DNA of 64,000 nucleotides from Scyliorhinus canicula (Eukaryota), in the NCBI RefSeq assembly GCF_902713615.1, contig NC_052165.1, positions 38,690,897-38,754,896 on the forward strand, in the 5' to 3' direction. This document shows, in pieces, positions 24,091-35,831 of this stretch. The stretch's first letter is position 1; the number at the start of each line of letters is the position of its first letter. The notes beneath the pieces were generated by a model. The model searched no databases and had not been told where the DNA came from. It saw only the letters and a list, made by a program, of their open reading frames with translations. Both the position numbers and the translations under genes were made by a program.

Positions 24091-24439
24091 ATAAGAGGCT
24101 CCTATTCCAACTATTTCTTGCACTCCCATTCTTTTAGCTATTAGTTTTTTCACTTGTTCTCTGCTCTGATGAAGAATCAAATTCAAATCACTAATCTGAC
24201 CTTCCTCTTTGCAGGTAATCATCAATCTCCTGTGTACTTCCAGCAATTTTTCAAATGGAATATGAAGCTAGACTGCATGAGAAACTAACTGTGTCTGGAA
24301 GGTGGGCAGATTGGGACTGTAAGATCACCACTGAAATGAATAATTTTGTGGTCTGTGCAATTTCCTTCTGGTGACTTTTAATTTGGGTATGGTTTACTCA
24401 AATATTATGCAAGAAATGTTACGTTCTTAAGTAAATTAC

Positions 24440-25258
24440 TACCTAATCTGGTTCGGATTCAACCCGTCCTGCTTGTACAAGTCCCACCTTCCCCAGAATG
24501 CGCTCCAATTATCCAAATACCTGAAGCCCTCCCTCCTACACCATTCCTGCAGTCACATATTCAGCTGCACTCTCTCCCTATTCCTAGCCTCGCTATCACA
24601 TGGCACTGGCAGCAAACCAGAGATGACAACTCTGTCTGTCCTGGCTTTTAACTTCCAGCCTAACTCCCTAAACTTGTTTATTACATCCACACCCCTTTTA
24701 TAGTGTTCAATTCTGGTTGCCACACTACCAGAAGGATGTGGAGGCTTTAGAGAGGGTGCAGAAGAGATTTACCAGGATGTTGACTGGTATGGAGGGCATT
24801 AGCTATGAGGAGAGGTTGAATAAATTTGGTTTGTTCTCACTGGAACGATGGAGGTAGAGGGCTGACCTGATAGAGGTCTACAAAATTATGAGGGGCATAG
24901 ACAGAGTGGATAGTCAGAGGCTTCCCAGGGTGGAGGGGTCAATTACTAGGGGGCATAGGTTTAAAGTGCGAGGGGCAAGGTTTAGAGGAGATGTATGAGG
25001 CAAGTTTTTTTTTTTTTTTTTTTTTTTTACACAGAGGGTAGTGGGTGCCTGAAACTCGCTGCCAGAGGAGGTGGTGGAAGCAGGGACGATAGTGACATTT
25101 AAGGGGCATCTTGACAAATACATGAATAGGATGGGAATAGAGGGATACGGACCCAGGAAGTGTAGAAGATTGTAGTTTAGTCGGGCAGCATGGTCGGCCC
25201 GGGCTTGGAGGGCCGAAGGGCCTGTTACTGTGCTGTACTTTTCTTTGTTCTTTGTTCT
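24440..25258 (+). mobile_element. CR1 fragments: inverted internal piece (about 24440-24700) joined to a plus-strand 3' end
   Basis: QFWxPHYQKDVEALERVQKRFTRML-type sequence and (ctttgtt)n tail. Confidence 0.75.
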
Positions 25259-25683
25259 AATACACCAAACATGCCTCACTGAAAAAGCAAGACAATATCC
25301 CTGGGTTTTGAGTCCAGCATTTGGTAAAAAGGAAAGTTCTGTGCATATATAGTAATTTAAAGTGTTCAGTTTACTAATTGACCCAAATAATGCAATGCTA
25401 CATATTTTCTTCAGAGTTTTTAATATAAAAACAATCAAGATCCATATCATACCATAGAACAAATAAATAATGATGTTAACTACAGCATATTTGTATGGTA
25501 CTTCCGTGTATATTTGGGAAAAAGTTTAAAATTATCTGCTACTGGACTGTGCTTTTAAATAATAAATCACCAGCAACAGATTAATTATTCTGCAAAACCA
25601 CACAACAATAAGCAAAATGGATCAATGTGATGCACAAAGTACGACCAAACAAAGTCCTTCACCAATTCATTTCCCAAGCTCAA

Positions 25684-25958
25684 CTACTTTATCCGTCTTC
25701 TCAACTTCATGGGTTCCTGGGTTTCTGACAAAACTGCAACAGTTTCCGAATCGCCTTCAGTGTCCTCTGTGGAAATGCTGCTCCCAGACTCAATCTCATC
25801 AAAAAATGATGATGCACGCGGGTTGCCAGTTATTGGATCAATATTGTCTAGCGAGTCTTGCTCACTATCTGTGGAGGCCTGGTCTTCAGACACCTGTGCC
25901 TTTATCTCAATGCCCTGGACACATTCTTTGAGATTCTCAGAGACAAGAGTCAATTCTT
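25684..25958 (-). CDS. CCDC107: CCDC107 exon 6 (last): acidic tail ending KLRRRIK*
   Basis: tccag| acceptor, phase 1, TAG at 25684-25686. Total CDS 873 nt = 290 aa. A basic LRRR end is typical of the RIC3/CCDC107 family. Confidence 0.83.
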
Positions 25959-26457
25959 CTGGATTTGGGGAAAAAAATACAATCAGATCACAATTCTATG
26001 TTTTTAAAATTATATTAAAATATATTTCACTGGGATGAAAACAGCACTGTCATAAGAAGAATTGATTTCTTTTTCATATAATATTTTCTCCTAATCTCCC
26101 CTTTAATTCCTACAATACTATCTTTTAAAAAAGAATATTTTAAGCTTTTGCATATATGTACATTTAAAAATATACAGATTGTTCTGGGAACAACAACTTG
26201 AATTTATACAGGGCCTTTAACATAGTAAAATGTCCCAAGGTGCTTCACAGGTGCAATATCTGACAAAAGGTGACACTGAGTAACAGAGATAGGACATGTG
26301 GCCATATATTTGGTCAAAGATGTGTGCTAAAGAAGAGCTTCAAAGAGAAAAGCTATAAACGTACGTGGAGCTCTCTGACAGGAACTGCTAAGATGTACTT
26401 TAGATTAATTTTAATTATAAAATCAATGCTTTACTGCTTAATCACCAATCAATTTAC

Positions 26458-26555
26458 CATCAATAGTAGGGGCCTGTCTCTCTTTCACCAGCTGTCTTAA
26501 TTGTAGAAGCTGTGTCATAATTTCATTCTTCTGCTCAGAAGCGACGGCGTCGACA
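26458..26555 (-). CDS. CCDC107: CCDC107 exon 5 (CVDAVASEQKNEIMTQLLQLRQLVKERQAPTID)
   Basis: ctgtag| and |gtaaat, 98 nt, phase 2-1, continues the coiled coil. Confidence 0.85.
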
Positions 26556-26631
26556 CTACAGTGAATGCAAAGCAACAAGTCTGAGATGTTAAAGTTAAGC
26601 AGGGTTCAAGATATTGTGTGGTACAGCTGTT

Positions 26632-26994
26632 TAGAATCATAGAATTTACAGTGCAGGAGGCCATTCGGCCCATCAAGACTGCACCGGCTCTTGGAAAGAG
26701 CACCCTACCCAAGCCCACATCTTCACTCTATTCTATTCCCATAACCCAGTAACCCCGATCAACACTAAGGGCAATTTTGGACACGAAGGGCAATTTAGCA
26801 TAGCCAATCCACCTAACCTGCACATCTTTGGACTGAGGGAGGAAACCGGAGCACCCGGAGAAAAACCCACGCACACACGGGGGAGAACGTGCAAACGTGC
26901 AGACTCCGCACAGACAGTGTCCCAAGCCGGGAATTGAACCTGGGACCCTGGATCTGTGAAGCAATTGTGCTAACCACTATGCTACCGTGTTGCC
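26632..26994 (-). mobile_element. HE1-type SINE
   Basis: Full copy about 77 bp from the CCDC107 exon 5 acceptor. Confidence 0.85.
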
Positions 26995-27559
26995 GAGAAA
27001 ATTTTGACTTGCAAACTAAGCGTCATATTATATATTTGCAACTATTAGAAAACTCAAGGCTGCTAGGAATTGGGGTGTTAATTTAAATATTCTAATCTTT
27101 TTATCTTTTTGAAAACAACAGTTGGATACTTCGTTGGCACAAATTAATACTTAACTGTGAACAAGTTTCACTCCAGGCAGTTATTAATTTTTGTTTCCGG
27201 TGCTTCTTTCTTGGTTCAAACAAAATTTTGTAACTCTGTTATATCTTGTCCAATTTAACAAGTTATTAATGCAGTTAATTGTTTAAAAAAGGCATTCGTT
27301 GATTACTCCTAAAAACAACTTAGCGGAAGATAAATACATCAAGTAGCCACAAATAGTTCAAGATAATTGAGGGCTAGCTGCTAGCTTAATACTACCGTGT
27401 GGGCATCACAAATAAACAGAATATATCCTCATTTCGAATTCCACTGAACCTGGCCCTGGGTGGAAACAGAAAAAGTTTTGTACTTCAGCTGAATCAATTT
27501 TTAACAACTAGCTGCTTAACTGTGAAATGTCACCCATCTTATCTCAAAGGGCCTGGAAT

Positions 27560-27846
27560 AATAATCTTTATTAGTGTCACATGTAGACTTACATTACACT
27601 GCAATGAAGTTACTGTGAAAATCCCGTAGTCGCCACACGCCTGTTCGGGTACACTGAGGGAGAATTCAGAATGCCCAATTCACCTAACAAGCAGGTCTTT
27701 CGGGACTTGTGGGAGGAAATCGGTGCACCCGGAGGAAACACGGGAAGAACGTGCAGACTCCACACGGACAATAACCCAAGTCGGGAATCGAACCGGAGTT
27801 CCTGGTGCTGTGAAGCAACAGTGCTAACCACTGTGCTACCGTGCCG
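27560..27846 (-). mobile_element. HE1-head SINE with aataaagattatt tail
   Basis: Same head with a different 3' half; related pieces at 35762-35831 plus 38721-38785, and 58451-58662. Confidence 0.8.
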
Positions 27847-28170
27847 TCAAGCTATAGTGAAAGACAGTCCTGATCTATAGTAACTTTCCAGGACGTAATT
27901 CTACCCCAGTTGAAATGTGTTACCTCTCACCTCCACCCAACAGCCAAACTATTGCTTTTCTCCTCCTCTGTGCAACTCCTGTAGCTTTCTCTCTCCTTCT
28001 GTTCAACCAGTCTCTGTCCCCCGCCTACTAATCCCAACTCATGACTTTCTTCCTCTGCATGCCCCAACATGTTTTTCTCCCCAGCTGCTCCAACACTTGC
28101 GTTTCTCAGCCTGCCCAACCAAACATTACTCTCTGTATAATGTACAGGAAAAAGTAAATAATTTAATGTA

Positions 28171-28480
28171 CATAGAATGATAGAATCTACAGTGCAGAAG
28201 GAGGCCATTCGGTCCATCGAGTCTGCACCAGCCCCTGAAAAAAGAACCCTACCTAAGCCGACACCTCCACCCCACCCCTTTTTGGACACGAAGGGAAATT
28301 GAATATGGCCAATCCATCTAACTTGCACATCTTTGGACTGTGGGAGGAAACTGGAGCACCCGGAGGAAACCCACGCAGGCATGAGGAGAACATGCAGACT
28401 CTGCACAGACAGTGACCCAAGCCGTGAATCAAACCTGGGACCCTGGAGCTGTGAAGTAACTGTGCTAACCATTGTGCTAC
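28171..28480 (-). mobile_element. HE1-type SINE
   Basis: Core and tail similarity. Confidence 0.8.
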
Positions 28481-30650
28481 AAATCAGTTCCTGTATCAGC
28501 TGTGTATTAAACAAAGGAAGGATCAGCGTGATTTGCATGTGTTACAATATTGCAAATGTCTGTTCACTCCATATCCTGGGCACTGTTTACATTCCACTGA
28601 CACAGAATAGATTTATACACAGATTCACACACTGATTTCAGTTCATAGAGTAAAAGTTACTCAGATTCATAGAATGATTATAGCACATTCAGCCTGTGGT
28701 GCCTGTGCTGATCATCAGAAGGTACAATTCACCTAGTGCCACTTCCCTCCCTTTTACCCACAGCCCTACAATTTCCATTCACAGTGAAAGCCTACAACTC
28801 CCACTTGCTCTCACCTGCCACACTCTCTTGGTTCACCTCGTTTGAGCTCATAGCATAGAGTTGCAACAGCAATTAAGTTTGAGCTAATAAGTACTAATTC
28901 ATTCAGGAGGTAACCTTTACATGTATCTCAGTGTTCTGGCATTGAGGTCAAATTGGAAGTTATGTTATATCTTCAGATATTTTCTTTGTTGGATAGGATA
29001 GGTTAAAGCTGTTATCCTCGCTGTTCATGCTAAGCGGTTACTGATAGCAGACAGAAGGAGCTGCCATAAAAAGGATATCCATGCATGGAATTATAGCTTC
29101 ACATCAACCGGAGGTGGATAGCTTACCATTTGCTCGCTTACAATAGTTTTAGTACTAAGATTTTCCTACCTAATAACTATCTGTGGGACCTGCCAGGTGG
29201 ACTGTAGAGTCTTTTCCGATCCTGTACAGTCCTATGTTTCCAATAACTAGGGCACAATGCAGAGTATAAAATGTAACTTTAATAACCAGAGCAATCTTTA
29301 CTAAACACACAACTTGTTAAGTATTGAGCTTTAGGAAAATGGCAGGGGTTAGGACTTGAAGAGCAATAGTGGACCCAATTAGGCTTCAATTAATCTTGAT
29401 GGTTAATGAACTGGACTGAGCAAATGGTAGAGGACCTCTCCCCATTCCCCACACTGAACAAATTCCATTTAAATTGCTGATGTGGCAAGCTATAGCCCTT
29501 TTAACTTCATGGGGAGGTTATAGATGCAGAATACAGTACAGCAAATATATGAATGAAATTGTAAGTAAGAACAAAGATTTTCATTTAAATGCACCGAGAG
29601 ATGTGAGAGATGTGGGAGCCAAAAGATGTTGCTGTGGACAAGTGTGATGGCAACCAGGACCAGGAGGGTTGCATACAGTTTTGGGTGAATTGGGATTTCT
29701 TCAGGGAAAGCTTGGGGCCAGTGAATGGGCCATTGGTCAGGCAGAAAACATTGCAAAGATAGCCAAGGCAATCTTGGCGATTGACTGTGTATGAGATTTT
29801 TAGTTTAGGTTTGGGACTAAAATTACGTACTGTCAAGGGTAGCCTGAAAAAACAATTAGGAAGTTGGTTCAAAATAGGGCCTGTAATGTGGAAGTTATGG
29901 TGAGAACCAAACAAGATTGTCTTGTCAAAATTTAAGTCACTCTAACTCATCAACAATTGTCACCACATAGCAACAATCATGATGGCAGAGAAACAAAGCT
30001 GCTCATCAATGAACACATATGGAATGGCTTCAGTGTGTATAAACTGATAAAGCGGGGAGCCAACAAATTAACCTTATGGCACACTGGTGATAACTTGTGG
30101 ACACATGAAGAGGGCATTTTTAAAATTCATTCAAGGGATTTGTGCATCGTTAGCTGGGTCAGCATTTATTTGCCCATCTCTAATTGCCTTTGGACCGAAC
30201 TGTGGTTTGCTAGGTTATTTCAGAGAGCATTTAGGAGTCAACCACATTGCTGGACATTAGTGAACCAGATGGGTTTTCATTACAATGAACAATAGTTTCA
30301 TGGTCGTTACTAGACTTTAAGTTCCAGATTTTCATTGAATTCAAATTTCACCATCTGCCATGGTGGGATTTGAACACTGGTCCCCAAAGCATTACTCTGG
30401 GTCGCTGGATCACTAGTCTAGTGACAATAACACTATGCCGCCATCTTTGTGGGAAGTCAGGAAGATAGGAATAGAAACTAAAAGGGAACCATGGAAGAAG
30501 ATGCCACGGAGATGAATCACAGAAGAGAAGAGGAACAGTCAGTCGAATTAAAGTCACCGCGAGGCTAGAGAGGGATAACGTGCTATTTGGCCAATAAGGA
30601 TGTTTAATACAAAACAAACAAATCTCAGCAGAAGAGCAATAATCACTTAC

Positions 30651-30741
30651 CAGCTGGTGAGTGGATCTAATTCTTTGACTAATGAGTCCAGCATTCTCTC
30701 TGTCTGTGCCAAACGTGTCTCCAGTTCAGAAAGCTGAGTTT
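30651..30741 (-). CDS. CCDC107: CCDC107 exon 4, coiled coil (ETQLSELETRLAQTERMLDSLVKELDPLTS)
   Basis: tactag| and |gtaagt, 91 nt, phase 1-2. The LAQTE.ML.SL...LDPL motif is characteristic of CCDC107. Confidence 0.88.
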
Positions 30742-31987
30742 CTAGTACAAAAGTTTCAAAAATTACTAAAAGGTTACCTGGAGCCTCTTGCAGTCCAAGC
30801 CATAATATTATCCGTGGCTCAGTTGGAGAGTTAAGTGCACTATGTTGGGTGACATTTCAGTGCAGAATAACAGAATTATTCGGATACATTAGACCCATTG
30901 TGTCTGCACCGACTCTCCATATAAGCGTTATGGTTCAGTGTCAACCCCAGCCGTTGCACATTGTTTGAATAGGAACAATCATCCAAAGCCCTCTGGAATG
31001 CCTTGATTGAACATGCCTGGATTGTGGTCAGTCCAAATGGGTTGGGCTGGGGGATTAATAGTTGAGTGTGGTAGTGGGGAGTCCTGTGGGCATTTGGGGG
31101 TGGTGAGGAGTCCTGTGGGTGTCTGGGGGAAGTTGGGGAGTCCTGTGGAGGGTTGGGGGAGAGAGAGTCCTGGGTGGGGTTTGGAGAGGGGGGGTAGTCT
31201 GGAGTGTGAGGAAAGTCCCGCAACATATTGGGGTGGTAAGTAGGGTGCAGGAAAGTTGGGGCATGCAGGGAGTCTCATGCTAGTGGTCATAGAAGTTCCC
31301 TGGGGGGGGGGGTCGGGGCAGAGTTGAGGTGGATAGTGGGGAACTGGTAAGAGTCCTTGGACAGGCTGAGGTATGGTTGAGTGGGGGGTTCTGTGGGGTG
31401 TGGCTGACAGGAAGGAGTGCATGTGGGATGGATCAGTACTATTGTTACCCATAAGCTAGAAGCGGTTTTAATTCTTTAACATTTTCTGGATAATTATTGC
31501 TGGATGACAGTCAGGGCCATCGGGACTTTACGATTTAAGTCACATTATCAAGTGGCTCCGAGTGCAGCACAATTGCCCAAAAGAAATTTGAACTTCCCAT
31601 GCAATTTTTGTGCAATCCTTATCTGGAATCTCCTGGGAGGGGGATTCCCCAGTATATCTTTGGGGTAGCCCTGATACACTGCCATGGAGCTCAGGGGTTG
31701 TGGGCCACTGTTACTAACGCATGTGACATTGAAATCACAGAATCCCTACAGTGCAGGAAGCCGTTCAACCCATCGAGTGCACATCGACCCTCTGAAAGAG
31801 CACTCCACCCAGGCCCAATTCCTATAACCCCGTCTAACCCTTGGACACTAAGGGACAATTTAGCATGGCCAATCTACCTAACCTTGGTACTGATTTCTGC
31901 AACATCAAAATTGTACCACAAACATCATCAACTGTCAAATGTAGAAATACTGCATTTTCCACACAATTACCTTTGTTAAATGTATAC

Positions 31988-32060
31988 CTGTATTTTTCCT
32001 TTTTTTGTCAACCTCCTTATTTTTCTCATCGCTTCTTCTTTCATTTTCATTAAATTTTAC
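31988..32060 (-). CDS. CCDC107: CCDC107 exon 3 (VKFNENERRSDEKNKEVDKKRKNT)
   Basis: Strong pyrimidine tract + cag| and |gtatac, 73 nt, phase 0-1, open frame. Confidence 0.82.
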
Positions 32061-32997
32061 CTGAAAAGCCAGAAAAGAAATTTAAAACTATTATTGATAT
32101 CACAGTGAGCTCTATATAACCCTCATAATATGGGGTAAGCTATTTTTCCCTCCTATAGGTTGCCTAGATGATTGATTTTTGGAAGCAGTAAATTCTAGAC
32201 TGCTTTCTAAAACGAAGCAAGCTTTCCACAAGAGCTCATTTTCTAAACTGACGATTCAGTGCAGCCCTCTGCTGAATGAGGTGCTTGCTCGGGTGGGTGT
32301 AAAAGCACCCATGGCATTATTTTAAGACAGCCCTCAATTAATAACACCAAAATTGGTCATTCATGTCATTGTTGTTTGTGGGACCTTGCTGTGCACAAAT
32401 TGGCATCCTTGCGTCGCTTCCGGAAATAATTTACTGGCTATAAAAGACTTTGGAAAGATAAATGTAGGACCTTTTCACCCTATGGTGATGTGGGTTGCCT
32501 TACTCAAGTGACAATATTTAAGAATCTTGACACCATCCAGGACAAAGCAGCCCGTTTGATTGGTACCTCAAACCCCACTTTCATCATTCACTCCCTCCAC
32601 AACTGAGGCACAGTGGAAAGAAAGGGTGTGTACCATCGACAAGTTGCTGGAAAGGCTCCTCTTCCAAACTTGTGACCTCTACCACCTAGAAGGACAAGAG
32701 CAGCAGATACATGGGAAACCATCACCTACAAGTTCCCCTCCAAGCCATTCATCAACCTCACTTCGAACTTTATTACTGTTCCTTCATCATCGCTGAGACA
32801 AAATCTTGGAACTCCCTTCCTAACAGCACTGTGGATGCCCGTACACCACATGGACTGCAACGGTTCAAGGTGGCAGCTCAACACCACCTTCTCAAGAAAT
32901 TTGGGATGGGCAACAAATGCTGGTCCAGCCTGTGTAATTATAAATATTAAATTGCCAAATCACTCATACATTATGTTATACTGGAAAAAAAATTACC

Positions 32998-33335
32998 GAC
33001 AGCACGGTAGCCTTGTGGATAGCACAATTGCTTCACAGCTCCAGGTTCGATTCCGGCTTGGGTCACTGTCTGTGTGGAGTCTGCACATCCACCCAGTGTG
33101 TTCATGGGTTTCCTCCGGGTGCTCCGGTTTCCTCCCAAAGATGTGCAGGTTAGGTGGATTGGCCAAGATAAATTGCCCTTAGTGTCCAAAATTGCCCTGT
33201 TGTTGGGCGGGGTTACTGGGTTATGGGGATAAGGTGGAGGTGTTGACCTTGTGTAGGGTGCTCTTTCCAAGACCCGGTGCAGACTCGATGGGCCAAATGG
33301 CCTCCTTCTGCACTCGAAATTCTATGATATCTATG
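32998..33335 (+). mobile_element. HE1-type SINE
   Basis: Full copy. Confidence 0.85.
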
Positions 33336-33526
33336 ATGACTGAAAAGCAAAAAAATGCCCTATACACACAGATCAACATTCTACAATATATTATCATATT
33401 GGCAAACAAAACAAATTAGAAAGAGGGAAAATGTCAACACTTTATCAGTGTCAAAGGTGAGCAGCATTCACAAGCATTCTTATAGTATTATTTTATTTAT
33501 AAAGTGTACTACAGTGAAGTGCTTAC

Positions 33527-33726
33527 CTGCACAAGTTTGTAAACTGCATATATACTTATTCCTATAGCATAAAGTGGCATTAACTGGAAAGCAAATCCTT
33601 TGTTTCTGTCTGGAGTCTTCTCGCCAGACATTTCTTTTTGATTTATACTTCTCATCCTGAGATTGGGTGGACCTTTGGGACTATTTGATTGGGTGTGTCT
33701 AAGCAAATGCTGGCCTCTTCCAGGAA
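33527..33726 (-). CDS. CCDC107: CCDC107 exon 2 with second TM segment (KGFAFQLMPLYAIGISIYAVYKLVQ)
   Basis: tacag| and |gtaagc, 200 nt, phase 1-0. PLYAIG corresponds to the RIC3 PIYGFG motif. Confidence 0.88.
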
Positions 33727-34834
33727 CTGTAATATACCAAATGAAAAGATTTTTTAAAAAGCCATTTAACATGACATGCTGCTCCATATATCTGATTATC
33801 CAGCGATAAGATGCACTGACAGAGTCAAGTTCAGCCATACAAAATGATGCATTAGATGAGAATGGTCCAATGTCTAGTAACTGCTCAGAATAAATGTTTC
33901 ATCAAAATGCATATCTGTTAACAGTGCTGGTGCCTTTCACTATTGCTATATTTCACTTTTTCTGTCATCTTAGAGGCCTATTGGCTTCAGCAGTTAACAG
34001 TTACAAAGTGGTGAAAGTTGACAAGGGTAAAAGGAGAAACAAGACAATTTAAAGAGCAGTAATAAGTTACCTGGCTAATTTTATGTTAAAAACAGAAGTG
34101 AACTAGGACAGCAATGAAAGGCAGCCGTGTTCCCAGGGGAACCAAGCATAGGTGGGCAACCTTATCAACTGGAAATTTATCAAGGACACCAAATCTCTTT
34201 AGTGTGGAGGCATGTTACAACAGCTGCATGAAGCACATAGGATGAAACAGTATACAGCACAGAAACAGGCCATTCGGCCCAACCAGTCCATGCCAGTGTT
34301 TATGCTCCACTCAGGCCAAAAGGTATATACAGGACTCCAGACCAGGAGGTAAAACCCACAACATAACTGATGTCAGGAATGGAGAAGGTCAAAACTTAAG
34401 AAAAGAAGGCACCTGTATACAAGGCATTTCTTTAATTTGAAAAATAAGACGTGGAGTGTAGCCAATGACTGATTTAGTAAAGCTCAGTAGTTCTGAATTA
34501 TAGAAAAGGGTACAAGAAGATGTTTAAATGGGAAGTATGAAGACTTGAAATATAATTCAGGAGTATCCCAGAGGAGGAGCCAGAGGCAACAATTACATAT
34601 AATTAATTCTGACGGCTACTCAGGCATAAACGGGGTAAAAAGAACTCACAATTTACTGTCATTAAACCTATTAACATTATGCAATAAATATATAACCATA
34701 CAATGTTAATAAAGCAGAAATTCAGACACTGCGAAAATGACAGTAAATCAAAAGTAGGCTTCTAAAACTTTACTGTAAAAAGAAACTAAAGAAGTTGAAG
34801 CTCTTTTCATTAGGCAGTATACGAGGCGCTCTAA

Positions 34835-35135
34835 TCATAGAATAGAATCATAGAATCTCTACAATGCAGAAGGAGGGCATTTGGCCCATCGAGTCTGCAC
34901 CAACCCTCTGAAAGATCACCCTACCTAGACTCACTCCCCCTGCCCTATCCCTGTAACCCCCCATGATCTGTACATCCCTGGACACCAAGGGTAATTTTAG
35001 CATGGCCAATTCACCTAACTAGCACATCTTTGGACAGTGGGAGAAAACTGGAGCACCAGGAGGAAACTCACACAGACATGGGGAGAAAGTGCAAACTCCA
35101 AGGCACCCAAGGCCAGAATTGAACCCAGGTCCCTA
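34835..35135 (-). mobile_element. HE1-type SINE
   Basis: Core and tail similarity. Confidence 0.75.
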
Positions 35136-35831
35136 TGGAAGGTTTTGTGAGAGTAAATTGGGAGAAGAACTATTTCTACTGGATGGCTAGTTAGTTAACA
35201 TAGGCTTAAACTTTACAACAATTGCCACATGGAAAGCGGAGAAGCTGGGAACATTTTTTTTAAATTCAGAAGGTTTTTTTGGAAAACAAAATGCAAAAAC
35301 AGGGCTGATAGCGGAATAAAAGTTTTGAGAAGGTGAGCACTAATCAAAGAGTACCCAGTAATCCCAAATCCTGGGGAGGGCATTATTTGCATTTCAGAGC
35401 AGGCATGTCACATTACCAGTATATATCAGTGGCACCCTTCAGCATCTATTCAGATGTCTTAATGGAATTTATACCAGCTCTCAGCACTTCTCATTAGGCC
35501 AAGAAAGTAGTCCAGTCTGTCATTCAATTTATTCCACGCAGAGTTAGACAGATTACTGATTGACACACGTGATGGTGGTGGCGGGGATTGGGGCGACGAC
35601 AGGAAAGTGGAGGTGAAACCCCAACCAGATCAGTCACGATCTCATTGAATGATGGAGCAGGACTGAAGGAATGAATGGCCTACTCCTGTGCCTATGTAGC
35701 CTACGGGGGACATAATGAGTAAAATTTCAAAGAGAAACCTGGTGCCCCCTCAGATAATACCAATCTTTATTAGTGCCACAAATAGGCTTACATTAACACT
35801 GCAACGAAGTTAGTTTAAAAATCCCCTAGTC

